A stretch of DNA of 64,000 nucleotides from a virus (lineage: Duplodnaviria; Caudoviricetes), in IMG/VR virus record IMGVR_UViG_2784746770_000001, positions 65,293-129,292 of that record, one strand, 5' to 3'. Below, piece after piece: positions 28,872 to 38,845 of this stretch. A program made the translations under genes and the position numbers. A model generated the notes under the pieces. That model ran no database searches. It was not told where the DNA came from and was given only the letters and a program-made list of their open reading frames with translations. Position 1 is the stretch's first letter; each line of letters begins with the position of its first letter.

Positions 28872-29627
28872 TCAGCTGTCGCGGTCGATGCGGACGGTGA
28901 CCCGGTGGCGGTACTGGGAGTAGGTGAGGCGGGCCCGGTGCTTGAGGTTGCGCCAGTGGGGCGTCAGGCGCCACACGCCGATGCGGGTGCGCAGCCGCGC
29001 CAGGGGTCGAAGCTCATCGGGGGTGACGTCGCCCCAGTCGGCGAGCTGGATGAGGATCGCGGCAGCGACGCGGGCCGGCGAGGCGTTGGCGGGGGCGATC
29101 GGGGCGCCCCGGTGGAACCACCCCTCCATGTCGAGGAGATCGCGGGTGGCGAACTCCCATGCGCCGTCGGTGTTGCGGAACGCCCAGTGCTCATCGTTGC
29201 CGACGAGGGTGAGGCCGTAGCCCTGGCATCGGACGATGCCCGTGTAGCCGTCGGGGAACCCGGCGAGGATGAGGCGCGCTTCGACGGCCCGGAGGAATGC
29301 TCGCTCGTCGGTGTGGTCGTTGTAGAACGCCCTCGCGTGCTGCTCGCCCTTGCTCCACTCGGCGCCGTTCTCGTTGCGGTAGTCGACGGAGTGGGTGAGG
29401 TCGAGCACCTTCACCGCGTGGGCGGGGTCGCCTTCGTACTCGGGGAGGGGGGTCTGCCACACGGTGGAGCGGCCGTTTTCCCTGAACACGGAGTCGTTCC
29501 ACGGGGGGCAGTCGGTCAGTTCGACGGCGGTGACGCGCCCGTCGGGCTCGGCGCGCACGGTGATGTACAGCGGCTCGTCGGCGTCATCGGGGGTGCGGTC
29601 GGTGACCTTGACCATGGTGATGGACAT
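28872..29627 (-). CDS. Hypothetical protein
   Basis: AGAGG RBS; first gene of the leftward array. Confidence 0.75.
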   Translation of the reverse strand: MSITMVKVTDRTPDDADEPLYITVRAEPDGRVTAVELTDCPPWNDSVFRENGRSTVWQTPLPEYEGDPAHAVKVLDLTHSVDYRNENGAEWSKGEQHARAFYNDHTDERAFLRAVEARLILAGFPDGYTGIVRCQGYGLTLVGNDEHWAFRNTDGAWEFATRDLLDMEGWFHRGAPIAPANASPARVAAAILIQLADWGDVTPDELRPLARLRTRIGVWRLTPHWRNLKHRARLTYSQYRHRVTVRIDRDS

Positions 29628-29660
29628 GGGCGTATGGCCTCTCTGGGGGCACGGAAGTGC

Positions 29661-29869
29661 TTGGCCGGCCCCCTCGCTCTTGGGGGCCAACGAGAAAGAA
29701 TGTACACCGTCTTATGAGAACGGTGTCAAGCCCCGCCCTTCAATGGCTCCCTCTTCGGCCCGCATGGAGGGGTATCTCGGGTCTCTTTCATAAGTGGGTG
29801 TACAAATGGCATTGCTTGCCTCTATGATGGTGGAGCACCAACCGGCACGGAGCGGCAAGAGCGAGCCGC
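29661..29869. promoter_or_regulatory. Divergent control region with two boxes and two AAGAGCGA hairpins (copies 4 and 5)
   Basis: Leftward: TTGACA-N19-TACATT with dyad ACACCGT..ACGGTGT and hairpin 29667-29688. Rightward: TAAGTGGGTGTACA (29791-29804)-N18-TATGAT and hairpin GCGGC-AAGAGCGA-GCCGC at 29852-29869. Confidence 0.8.
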
Positions 29870-29903
29870 ACCCGTCGCCCGGCCACACCAGAAAGGGACC
29901 CCT

Positions 29904-30263
29904 GTGTCTGTTGCCGCCCGCCGCCGTACCGCCGCCGCCGTCCTGCGAGACCGCCGCCGCGCCACCCGCGAGCACCGCGACATGACCGAACGCGTCAAGG
30001 TGAGCGAGTACCTGACGATCCTCGGCATGGAGGAAGAGGAGATCGACCGCTACGGCTCGTGGGCGGGCCGGTACGTCGCCTCCGAGTACCGGGCCGCGCA
30101 CCACGGTCACCGGCCGCGTCAGACCCGTAAGCGCACCAAGCCGTGCAAGGGCTACCCCAAGGGCCGCTGGATCAAGGTCTTCGTCTACCGCCTGACCGAC
30201 CCGGCGCTCCCCGTCGGCTGTGGCAAGTACAAGCGGACCGCCGAGTACGTCCCCGCCGCGTAG
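29904..30263 (+). CDS. Small basic protein with an Arg-rich N-terminus
   Basis: MSVAARRRTAAAVLRDRRRATREHR; GAAAGGGA RBS. Confidence 0.75.
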   Translation: MSVAARRRTAAAVLRDRRRATREHRDMTERVKVSEYLTILGMEEEEIDRYGSWAGRYVASEYRAAHHGHRPRQTRKRTKPCKGYPKGRWIKVFVYRLTDPALPVGCGKYKRTAEYVPAA

Positions 30264-30365
30264 CGCCACCGCGCACCGCAGACCGCCGGGCGGCCGGCCC
30301 TCCCCCTCCGCCGCCGCCCGGCCCCTCTCCTTCACCCCGAACGCCCGTCCCCGGAGGACACCGTC

Positions 30366-31304
30366 ATGACCACGTTCCTCGACGCGCCCGCGCGCTCCGT
30401 CACCACCCCGATCTTCTGCGGCCAGTGCGGCGTGCACCCCTTCTCCATCGAATCGGACGGCGCCGCGCACTGCCCGTGCGGCCACACGATCACGACCGCC
30501 GACCTCGTCCTCGACCCCGGGGAGGAGTGGTGCGTCCTGCCCGATCAGACGCTCGCCTACATCACCGCCCCCGAGACCGCGCTCACCCGCTACCGGGCCG
30601 CGCTCGCCATGCTCAACAACCACGGCGTGTACGGCGAGGAGCGGGCCCGGGCGAACGACGAGTTCACTGCCGCGCTCGCGGACCTGACGACCGCCCGCTA
30701 CATGGGCGTGAAGTTCCCGGAGGACGCCCCCTCCGACATCGGCCGCATCTTCCTCGCGTGCATCCTCACCCCGCATGGCACGTACCAGGGTTCGAACGCC
30801 TACTGGCTCGGCCACCCGTGCGTCCCCTGCGCCCCGTACTCCCTCGACCCCTACTACCAGGAGGCGCACCCCTGCCGGAACCCGCGCGCCCACGCCTGGG
30901 GCACGTACGCGGACTGGACGAGCAATGCCGCGTGGGAGCGCCGGAACGGACGCACCCCCAGGCGGCCCGCCGTCTACTCCCCCGTGGCGCCCGATCCCGA
31001 CGCGGCGCGGGAGCGGGCCGTGCGCCGGTTCAACACCCTGCGGGTCACGGAAGCTCTCGCCGTCACCCTCGACGCCGCGACGGACCGGGTCCGCCGTACC
31101 CAGCTCCCCGACGTCCCCGGCGACGCCCTCAAGGCCCTCTCGGACATGCACGTCGCCCTCTGCCGCAACCCCGACCAGGGCGCGCCCCTCGGGCGTCTCG
31201 CCGGCCTGGAGGACACGTGCGAGCAGTACGGCGTGATCGCGGCCGACGAGCGCACCACGTGCCACAACCACCGCCAGCTCACCAGCGACTGCTGCCCCGC
31301 CTGA
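30366..31304 (+). CDS. Hypothetical Cys-rich protein
   Basis: GGAGG RBS; CGQC..CPCGH. Confidence 0.8.
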   Translation: MTTFLDAPARSVTTPIFCGQCGVHPFSIESDGAAHCPCGHTITTADLVLDPGEEWCVLPDQTLAYITAPETALTRYRAALAMLNNHGVYGEERARANDEFTAALADLTTARYMGVKFPEDAPSDIGRIFLACILTPHGTYQGSNAYWLGHPCVPCAPYSLDPYYQEAHPCRNPRAHAWGTYADWTSNAAWERRNGRTPRRPAVYSPVAPDPDAARERAVRRFNTLRVTEALAVTLDAATDRVRRTQLPDVPGDALKALSDMHVALCRNPDQGAPLGRLAGLEDTCEQYGVIAADERTTCHNHRQLTSDCCPA

Positions 31305-31370
31305 CCCCTGCCATCCCCGGGGCGCGGCACCCCCGCTGCGCCCCGCACCTTCCCGATCGGAGAACCCGTC

Positions 31371-31946
31371 ATGAGCCCTCCCGTCACCCGTCGGACTCGC
31401 GCCGCCGTTGCCATCGCCATGGCGATCGGGCTTCTCGTCATGGCCGCGTCCATGACGACCACCTACAACGGCGAGAACGCCGGTGCGACCGTCGGCCGTC
31501 CCGAATGCTCCGTCGGCGTCGAGTGGCGCGGCGACCCGGGCCTGTTCGTCTCCTGCGCGGGCAGCGACCCGGACGTGCCGGGCGACGACAACCACGACGG
31601 CCGCATCGATGAGGACGAATCCGGATGGGACTGCGCCACCATGGGCAACCGCCAGTGCGGCCCGTCCCCCGCCCCCGTGTCCATCGTGCTCCCCGTCGAC
31701 TGCACCGGCCCCGGCGGCTGCACCGTCGAAGGACTCCCCGACGAGTGCCAGGGTGCGCGCGACGCCACCGCCCTGTGCGTGACGGTAGCCACCCGGCCCC
31801 CGTACGGCTGGACGAACCCCGACGGATCCCGCGTCGACAACCCCGACGGCCGCGCCCAGCTCCGGGACCTCACGGAACGCCCCGGCACGCCCGAGTTCGC
31901 GGCCGCGCTCCGTGCCCTCGATGCCGAGTGGCGCGAGCACCACTGA
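31371..31946 (+). CDS. Secreted/membrane protein with a Dx[DN]xDG Ca-binding-like loop
   Basis: N-terminal hydrophobic segment; DDNHDGRIDEDE; paired Cys. Confidence 0.75.
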   Translation: MSPPVTRRTRAAVAIAMAIGLLVMAASMTTTYNGENAGATVGRPECSVGVEWRGDPGLFVSCAGSDPDVPGDDNHDGRIDEDESGWDCATMGNRQCGPSPAPVSIVLPVDCTGPGGCTVEGLPDECQGARDATALCVTVATRPPYGWTNPDGSRVDNPDGRAQLRDLTERPGTPEFAAALRALDAEWREHH

Positions 31947-32004
31947 CCCCGAACACCCCGCCGGCCCGGGCGCACCCCGGGCCGTCCCTCCCGAAAGGAA
32001 CCCC

Positions 32005-32427
32005 ATGCGCTTCGTGATCACCGACGACTCCCACCGCACGCTGGCCGCCGTCGACGCCCCCGACACCGTCACGGTTGTCGTCGAGCGGGCCGACCGGCCC
32101 GATCTGATGTACGCCGGTATCGACCTCCACGCGAACGGCTCCGTCACCGTTGGGCACTGGCCCGACGGGCAGGAGTGGGAGGTGCTCCACCACACGGAGG
32201 GGGTGCCCTCGGGCGGCGACGGTGAGGTCACCCCGCCCTTGCCGCCCGAGCAGTACACCCTCGACGCCATCCGGCGCGCCCTGGACGTCGCACTGGACCG
32301 GGCGCGCGCGTTCACCCACGACGCGTACGCGCTCAAGGTCCTCGTCGACGCCACCCTCGCCCTGCTGGTCAACCCGTCCTCGGAGTACCCCAACCCCGAC
32401 GACGAAGCCGCCCCGGCACTCTCCTGA
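32005..32427 (+). CDS. Hypothetical protein
   Basis: GAAAGGA RBS. Confidence 0.75.
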   Translation: MRFVITDDSHRTLAAVDAPDTVTVVVERADRPDLMYAGIDLHANGSVTVGHWPDGQEWEVLHHTEGVPSGGDGEVTPPLPPEQYTLDAIRRALDVALDRARAFTHDAYALKVLVDATLALLVNPSSEYPNPDDEAAPALS

Positions 32428-32518
32428 CCCGCAGTCGGCCCGGGGCGCGCCCTCCCGCGCCCCGGGCCGCAAGCCGTCGTCCTCTGCCATCCTCACCGCG
32501 CCCTGAAAGGACGCTTCT

Positions 32519-33229
32519 ATGACCGACGCCACCGCCGCCGAACCTCAGCTCACTTACCGGGCCGACGGCACGCCCCTGTCCATTCAGCTCTTCACCGTGG
32601 AGGGGTCCAGCTACGGCCCGTATGTCGCCCTCCCGCTCCGCGACCACTGGACGCCGCTCGCCGCCCACCTGTTCACCCGGGAGACGGCCGACCGGATCGT
32701 GGCCGACATGCACCGTGACGAGTGCGGCATCCGGGGCGTGTTCAACCCCGACACGGGTGCGCTCACGTTCACCTTGGACGAGACCTTCGACAGCAATACG
32801 GGGGCCGCGACCGTGGCCCCGGACGAGCACGGCCGGTACCTGATCGGCGGGCTGTGGGCGTGGGACGAGTGGGGCGACCACGTTCCGCACACTGCCGGGC
32901 AGGCGGCATTCGCCCGGGGGGCGGCCGAGTACCGGGGCGCCGATGACTCCGCATCGCTCTCGACGCCGCTCGACGGCCTGTATGCCCGGGGGCGCGAGGA
33001 AGCGCACCGCGTCACGCTGCGTCGGGAACAGCCCGTCGGCACGCCCGTGAATCGGCCGTACAGCGTTACGTGGGACATCGACGACGTGGAGGCCACCAGC
33101 CCTCAGGAAGCTGCCCGCATTGCGCTCTCGCTGATCTGCCGCGACCCCGGGCCGGACGCCGACACCCACGTCTTCACGGTGCACGGCCCCGACGGAACGA
33201 AGACCGAAGTGGATCTCGACTTCCCCTGA
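32519..33229 (+). CDS. Hypothetical protein
   Basis: GAAAGGA RBS. Confidence 0.75.
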   Translation: MTDATAAEPQLTYRADGTPLSIQLFTVEGSSYGPYVALPLRDHWTPLAAHLFTRETADRIVADMHRDECGIRGVFNPDTGALTFTLDETFDSNTGAATVAPDEHGRYLIGGLWAWDEWGDHVPHTAGQAAFARGAAEYRGADDSASLSTPLDGLYARGREEAHRVTLRREQPVGTPVNRPYSVTWDIDDVEATSPQEAARIALSLICRDPGPDADTHVFTVHGPDGTKTEVDLDFP

Positions 33230-33316
33230 GTCCTGAGCCGGCCCGGGGGTGCGCCGCCGCGCTGCGCCCCCGGGTCAAGCCCTTGTAGTCCTGCCACACC
33301 CGAGAGGACCCACGCC

Positions 33317-33949
33317 GTGACCACCGTTGTCGCTCCCATCTCGCTCGCTATCTCCCGCCCCCTGGACGCCCAGGCGGCCGCCTACGCCCTGAACGACGTG
33401 CGGCGCGACGGCGCCGCGGTACCGGTCTCCGGCGCGCTGCTGCGCTCCGTGCTCGCCTCCGCGCTCCACTCGCGCGGCGCCGCCGCCGTCGAGCCGGACG
33501 GCACCGTCGCCTTCACCTTCGGGCCGACCGCGAGCGTGCTGCCCGCCGTCCTCGGGCCGGTCTACCGGGCCGCGCCGTGCGAGCGGCCGCCGCGCACTCC
33601 CAGCTGCGCCCGGTGCGGGCACTGGGAGCGCGAGCACGACGAGCCGGGCGCCCCGACCGCGTGCACCCGCTACCGGCTGAGCATCGGGCCGGCCCGGTTC
33701 ACAGTCCCGGAACACGAGGGGGTGACGTACGCCTGGACGCGTCGACTCGGCCGTACCCGCGTCCGCTTCGAAGTCACTGAGCCGACCGGCGCGTTCCCCG
33801 GGGGGACGCTCGTGGTGCACCGGATGCCCGCCCTCGGCGACGGCCCGTACGAGTACGCGAAGCACCACCAGCCGATACCGCCCGAGCGGCGCAGGGCCGT
33901 CCTGGAGCGCGCCCGCCGCCGCGTCCACCCCCAGCCCTGCCCGGCCTGA
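33317..33949 (+). CDS. Hypothetical protein
   Basis: GAGGA RBS; CARCGHWEREH..ACT motif shared with 28188-28658. Confidence 0.7.
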   Translation: MTTVVAPISLAISRPLDAQAAAYALNDVRRDGAAVPVSGALLRSVLASALHSRGAAAVEPDGTVAFTFGPTASVLPAVLGPVYRAAPCERPPRTPSCARCGHWEREHDEPGAPTACTRYRLSIGPARFTVPEHEGVTYAWTRRLGRTRVRFEVTEPTGAFPGGTLVVHRMPALGDGPYEYAKHHQPIPPERRRAVLERARRRVHPQPCPA

Positions 33950-34098
33950 CCCGGGGCGCCGCGCGCGCGCCCGCTCACGTACATGACGACCGGGGGCGGC
34001 GATTCTCCCCTCCGTGCTCCCCGGTTCACCCGAACGGGTGACGGGCGTGCCGCCGCCCCCGCCCTGACCTGCTGCTCCCGTTCGCCCTGGAGGCCCCC

Positions 34099-34788
34099 AT
34101 GCCTGGCTTGATCCTGCTCGCGGACCGCGAGACGACCGACTACCCCACGCCGCACGGCCCGGTCCGGCTGAGGAAGTACGGCCGCGCCCCCGAGGGGGAG
34201 TTCGTCCGGGCCGCCGTCCGGGCGGCCGACGGCGAGCGGGCCGCCCTGGTGACGCTGCGTCCGACCGCGTACGGGTACGCGGGGGCGTGGCTGGCCGCGC
34301 TCGCTGCGCACGCGCCGGACGCCGCCGACCATCGGCGCCCGGACATCGCGCCCGCGTCCGTGCGGCTGGTGGCGAGGATGACGCGGACGCGCGCCAACGG
34401 GGTGCCCCGGCAGTCGGACGGGTCGGTGGGGTGGAGCGTGCACGGGGCGTCCGCGCGGGTCTGGCCGGACGGCCGGATCGTGGTGACGTCGGACGCGGGG
34501 GTAGAGCTGTCGGCGCGGCTGGAGGGGGCGCAGTGGGACGACTGGCGTGTCGCCGGCGTGGTGGACGCGGGCCTGAGGCTGCTGTGCGCCCCGGGCGCGC
34601 GGCATCTGACCCGGACGTCGGGGCCGTCCGGGTGGGCGCAGTCGTCCCTGTGGGCGGGCCGGTCGTACGACGCTTCGGTGGCGGCCACGTGCACGTGCGG
34701 TTGGCGGGGCACGTACCCGTCGCGGTTGGCCGCGCTCGCGGCGGCGGCGGAGCACCGGGAGAACTCCGGTCTGCCCGGGGCCGCTTGA
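34099..34788 (+). CDS. Hypothetical protein
   Basis: GGAGG RBS; C-terminal ATCTCGW..EH. Confidence 0.7.
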   Translation: MPGLILLADRETTDYPTPHGPVRLRKYGRAPEGEFVRAAVRAADGERAALVTLRPTAYGYAGAWLAALAAHAPDAADHRRPDIAPASVRLVARMTRTRANGVPRQSDGSVGWSVHGASARVWPDGRIVVTSDAGVELSARLEGAQWDDWRVAGVVDAGLRLLCAPGARHLTRTSGPSGWAQSSLWAGRSYDASVAATCTCGWRGTYPSRLAALAAAAEHRENSGLPGAA

Positions 34789-34850
34789 CCCATTGCCCAT
34801 AAGTGGGTGTACAGTTGTCGTTGTTGGCCCCCAAGAGCGAGGGGGGCAAC
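34785..34850 (+). promoter_or_regulatory. TTGACC-N19-TACAGT promoter with TAAGTGGGTGTACA box and AAGAGCGA hairpin copy 6
   Basis: GTTG-G-CCCCC-AAGAGCGA-GGGGG-G-CAAC at 34823-34850. Confidence 0.8.
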
Positions 34851-34882
34851 GCCAAGGCCACACGCCTCAGAAAGGGACACCC

Positions 34883-35908
34883 ATGCCTCGTATCGGCACC
34901 GACCCCTCCAGCGCCCGTGTCTGGGCCACCACCGAGTCCTCCTCCGAGCTCTGGCACGTCTTCGGCCCCGACGGCCACGCCCTGTGCAACCGCCGGATCC
35001 AGCCGCGCGGCCACTACAACGGCAGCACCAACTTCTTCACCCAGGCCAAGGCGGAGACCTTCCCGCTCTCCAACATCCACGACCGGTGCCGCGACAAGCT
35101 GAACGCGATGGCCGCAGCCAAGGCGGAGGCTCAGCGCGAGCGCGAGCAGTACACCCTCGCCGCCGACCTGTTCGCCGCCCTGCACCCGGCCGCCCGCAAG
35201 GCCGTTGAGAGCCAGCGCGGCAACGTGATCGACACGATCCGGGAGGGTGGCGCCTACATCGGCCCCCAGGAGGTCTGGGAGTACGTCGGCTACGAGCCGG
35301 GCGTGTGGCTCACCAGCGACGACTGGGTCACCGCCGAAGGCTTCAACAAGGCGTGGGCGGACCTCGACCGTCGTGCCGCCGCCGGCTCGCTCACCCGGCA
35401 CCACTGGGACCTCGCCCTCGACCGCGCCCGGGAGATCCTCGCCGCGCACCCCACGCCCGCGCCTGAGTCCCCCGACGAGTCCCCGGTTCCCCGACAGGTC
35501 CTGTACTACGTCGACTCGCCGCTCACCGGCGAGCAGGCGTACGACTTCCCCCTCCACTCGATCATCCGTACCGACTGGCTCCGGCGTGGCCGCTCCTGGG
35601 AAACCGTGGACGCCGAGCTCGCCGCACAGGGGCTCGCCCGGTACGGCTTCCTCCACGGCATGACCGACAGCGACGCGCACGCCCTCACCCTCGCCACTGA
35701 CTTCTGGGAGGAGGAGGGGCCGTACGCCGAGTGGTTCCGGTTCCTCGACGAGAACGCCGAGGAGATCGAAGCCGCGCGCGCCGAGCACAACCCGACCCAT
35801 GAGCAGGAGCAGGCCGCGTTCGCGGCGGCGACCGTCGCGTGCGAGTCCGGCGCGCTCCCCGACCTCGCCCTGAGCGACCTCGCGGGCGGACAGCCCCTCC
35901 TCGGCTAG
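34883..35908 (+). CDS. Hypothetical protein
   Basis: GAAAGGGA RBS. Confidence 0.8.
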   Translation: MPRIGTDPSSARVWATTESSSELWHVFGPDGHALCNRRIQPRGHYNGSTNFFTQAKAETFPLSNIHDRCRDKLNAMAAAKAEAQREREQYTLAADLFAALHPAARKAVESQRGNVIDTIREGGAYIGPQEVWEYVGYEPGVWLTSDDWVTAEGFNKAWADLDRRAAAGSLTRHHWDLALDRAREILAAHPTPAPESPDESPVPRQVLYYVDSPLTGEQAYDFPLHSIIRTDWLRRGRSWETVDAELAAQGLARYGFLHGMTDSDAHALTLATDFWEEEGPYAEWFRFLDENAEEIEAARAEHNPTHEQEQAAFAAATVACESGALPDLALSDLAGGQPLLG

Positions 35909-36036
35909 GTCCGGCCGTCCCCCGGCGGGAGCGCGCGACCCAAGCCGCTCCCGCCGGACACCATCCCCGCCCGTTACCCGCAGCACCCCGGCGCCGCGCG
36001 CCAGCGTGGTGCTGCCCCTTCCGACCGGAGGACCCC

Positions 36037-36471
36037 ATGTCTACGTCCATCCCCGCCGCCGCCCAGCTCCGAGACGCCGTCCTCGCCAGCCTCAGCAGCG
36101 CCGGATTCGCCGACGCCACCGCCGTCCGGCAGAGCGACAGCATCGTCATCGCGACCGTCCCCGCCGCCCGTGAGACCTGGGCTGCGTTCGCTCTCGCCGC
36201 GTTCCGCACCGTGCGCCTGGAGGACAAGGGCGGCCGCGCCCGCTACGCCATCTTCACGGCGCCGGAGGACGACGAGCCGTACTCCCGCACCGTGTACTTC
36301 CGCGCCACCGGCCCCGGCCTCGCCCCGAAGTACGAGGGCCGCAACCTGGCCCAGGCCGTGAGCATCGTCCCCGGCTACACCACCGAGACGGACATCCCGA
36401 AGGCCCTCGCCACCCTCCTCTTCGGCACCCCCGACCGGGCCGACGACATCACCATCACCGCCGTCGCCTGA
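36037..36471 (+). CDS. Hypothetical protein
   Basis: GGAGGA RBS. Confidence 0.75.
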   Translation: MSTSIPAAAQLRDAVLASLSSAGFADATAVRQSDSIVIATVPAARETWAAFALAAFRTVRLEDKGGRARYAIFTAPEDDEPYSRTVYFRATGPGLAPKYEGRNLAQAVSIVPGYTTETDIPKALATLLFGTPDRADDITITAVA

Positions 36472-36574
36472 CCACCGCCCCGCCCGCGCCCCGGGCACCC
36501 ACCGCAGCCGGCCCAGGGCGCGCCCTGGGCCGGGGCCAGACATAAGGCCCCGGCCCCCGGTACCCATCCCCGCC

Positions 36575-37267
36575 ATGACGAAGAACCTGACCCCCCTCGC
36601 CGTCGTCCACGCCGCCATCACCGACTACCGCGCGATGAACGCCGCCCACCTGGCCGCCCTGAGCGAGTACGCCGACGACGACGGAGACATCCCGGAGGCC
36701 GCGATGCCCGACTACGACGAGGACCGCTTCACCTACGCCCTGGAGGCGGACGAACGGCTCGACAGCGTGATGGAGGCGCTGGCGGAGGCGTTCGGCCTCC
36801 CCGACGACCGGCCCGTCACCGTCCTCGGCCAGTGGCACACCCGGTACGAGGTGATCCCGGGCCGGCTCGACGACACGGCCCGGAAGGCGTTCACCGAGGG
36901 CCAGTGCCACGCCCTGGCGCTCGCCCTGCACGAAGTCACCGGCTGGCCGACGACCGCGCTGCTCACCTCCGAATGCTGGGGCACCGACCGGATGTGCGGC
37001 GCCGAGATCGACGACGAGTGCCCGTGCCGGATCGGGCACATCGTCGTCACCCGGCCCGACGGCGCCCACGTCGACATCACCGGCGCCCACACCCCCGGCA
37101 CCGTCCCGCACTGCGAGAACGCCCCGGCCCTGCCCATGACCGAAGAGCGCTGGAAGGCCATCCGATCCACCTCCTCGTGGCGGGACGCCGACATGCCCCT
37201 TGCCCGCACCTTCGTGCGCCCCCTCCTCGCGTCGCTCGCCGACGCCCCGCAGCTCACCCCCGCCTGA
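36575..37267 (+). CDS. Hypothetical protein with a possible papain/transglutaminase-like Cys-His-Asp triad
   Basis: FTEGQCHALALAL..GHIVV..HVDITG spacing. Confidence 0.6.
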   Translation: MTKNLTPLAVVHAAITDYRAMNAAHLAALSEYADDDGDIPEAAMPDYDEDRFTYALEADERLDSVMEALAEAFGLPDDRPVTVLGQWHTRYEVIPGRLDDTARKAFTEGQCHALALALHEVTGWPTTALLTSECWGTDRMCGAEIDDECPCRIGHIVVTRPDGAHVDITGAHTPGTVPHCENAPALPMTEERWKAIRSTSSWRDADMPLARTFVRPLLASLADAPQLTPA

Positions 37268-37318
37268 CCCACCCCGCCGCCGGCCCGCGCGCCGCACAGC
37301 CAACCCGAAGGACACGCC

Positions 37319-38161
37319 TTGTCCCTGCACACCCGAACTCGCAGCACCGCCACTCCGGCCCTCGACTACCTGATGAGCGCCGCATTCCCCTCCCAGCGGG
37401 CGGAGCTCACCGACCTGGCGGCGCACCAGGGCCTCATGTGGCGCTGCGTCTGCCGGGCCGTCAACACCCTGAACACCACCCGCTGCGCCCAGTGCGAGAA
37501 GGGGCGCCTGTGGACCAACGACGTCACCCCGGACGCCCCGGAGAACTACGGCTCGCTCCTGGAGGACCTGCGCTCTGCTCTCGCCGACTGGTTCAACGAC
37601 GAGCCGAAGGAACGCCGCCCGGCCGCGATCGGCTTCACCATCACGACGGACTACGACGACGGCCCCGCGTGGGACACCTCGGATGCGACCGCCTACTACA
37701 CCAACGCCCCGGAAGGGACGCGGTACCCGAAGGACTTCGAGCGTTCGGGGGTAGCCGAGGCCCTGGTGGAGCTCGCCGACTTCGAGCAGCCGCAGGTCGG
37801 CGACACCCTGATCGTCGTCGTCCCGCCGCCGTTCGCCCCCGAAGACGAGAACGAGGGCTGGGGGCGGGAGTACGCCTACGGGATATCCGACTACGCCGTC
37901 GCGGCCGCCGCTGCCCTCGGCGACGGGTGGGGCGCGGAGTCCGGCTACATCGGCTCGTACGGGCTGCTGTGGGGCCCCGACGGCTCCCCGGAGCTGCGCC
38001 TGTACGTCGACGACTACGACGACCTGGTCCTCGGCTGGAAGCACTACCCGGACCGGGAGACGGTCACCATCGACCTCCCCGACGGCGCCCCGAGCCTCCC
38101 GGCCGAGCTGCGCACCGTCGGCAAGACCATCGCCAAGGCCGCCCGCACCTTCCTGACCTGA
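37319..38161 (+). CDS. Hypothetical protein with a RanBP2-like Zn ribbon
   Basis: WRCVCRAVN..RCAQC; GAAGGA RBS with TTG start. Confidence 0.7.
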   Translation: MSLHTRTRSTATPALDYLMSAAFPSQRAELTDLAAHQGLMWRCVCRAVNTLNTTRCAQCEKGRLWTNDVTPDAPENYGSLLEDLRSALADWFNDEPKERRPAAIGFTITTDYDDGPAWDTSDATAYYTNAPEGTRYPKDFERSGVAEALVELADFEQPQVGDTLIVVVPPPFAPEDENEGWGREYAYGISDYAVAAAAALGDGWGAESGYIGSYGLLWGPDGSPELRLYVDDYDDLVLGWKHYPDRETVTIDLPDGAPSLPAELRTVGKTIAKAARTFLT

Positions 38162-38244
38162 CCTCGCGCGCCCCGGGGCCACGCGGCGCGGCCCCGGGCA
38201 CCGCCACCGGCCCGACGGCCGGACGACCCCACCAGGAGATCCCC

Positions 38245-38502
38245 GTGGCGACCCTGCTCATCTGGACCGAAGACGACCAGACGCTCACGATCATCGACTC
38301 CCACCAGGTCCCCGACGGCGACCAGGAAGCGATCGACGCCCTGTTCGAGGACGCGGCCGCACGGGACGGCGCCGACAACGCGTGCGCGTTCGACGTCGAC
38401 TGGCACAGCCACGCCGTCCAGCGTGCGTACGAGGAGTACGCCCGCCCCTCCGGCCTGACGCTCGTCGACGACGTCGAAGGCCATATCCCCACCACCTACT
38501 GA
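38245..38502 (+). CDS. Small acidic hypothetical protein
   Basis: AGGAG RBS, GTG start. Confidence 0.7.
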   Translation: MATLLIWTEDDQTLTIIDSHQVPDGDQEAIDALFEDAAARDGADNACAFDVDWHSHAVQRAYEEYARPSGLTLVDDVEGHIPTTY

Positions 38503-38557
38503 CCGGGCGCGGGCCGTGTACCTCGCTGGCCCGCGCCCGGCCGCTCCAGGAGAGCCC

Positions 38558-38845
38558 GTGACCCAGCCTGACGCCCTGTGCGGCGCGCCCGGCCCCGAGG
38601 AGGGTTCGGCCGTCGACGTGACATGCGAGCTCGCCCCGCACGGCCCCGCCAAGAAGCATCGCGCGACGTACGTCGGTCCGTTCCTCCGGCACACGGTGCT
38701 GGAGTGGGCCGACCCCGAGCCGGCCGCCATCCTGCGCCTCGTCGCCGAGTACGTCGTCGAGTCCAACGGCGCCGCCGACCTCGTGGCGCGCCTGGAGACC
38801 GCCGGATACACCCTGCCCGAACTCACCGAAGGAACCCCCGCATGA
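38558..38845 (+). CDS. Hypothetical protein
   Basis: AGGAG RBS; ATGA-coupled to the next gene. Confidence 0.7.
   Translation: MTQPDALCGAPGPEEGSAVDVTCELAPHGPAKKHRATYVGPFLRHTVLEWADPEPAAILRLVAEYVVESNGAADLVARLETAGYTLPELTEGTPA

Noticed and set aside
36539-36546. GACATAAG upstream of 36575
   Set aside because: It sits in a hairpin loop and the -10 does not fit; not counted as a class-2 promoter.
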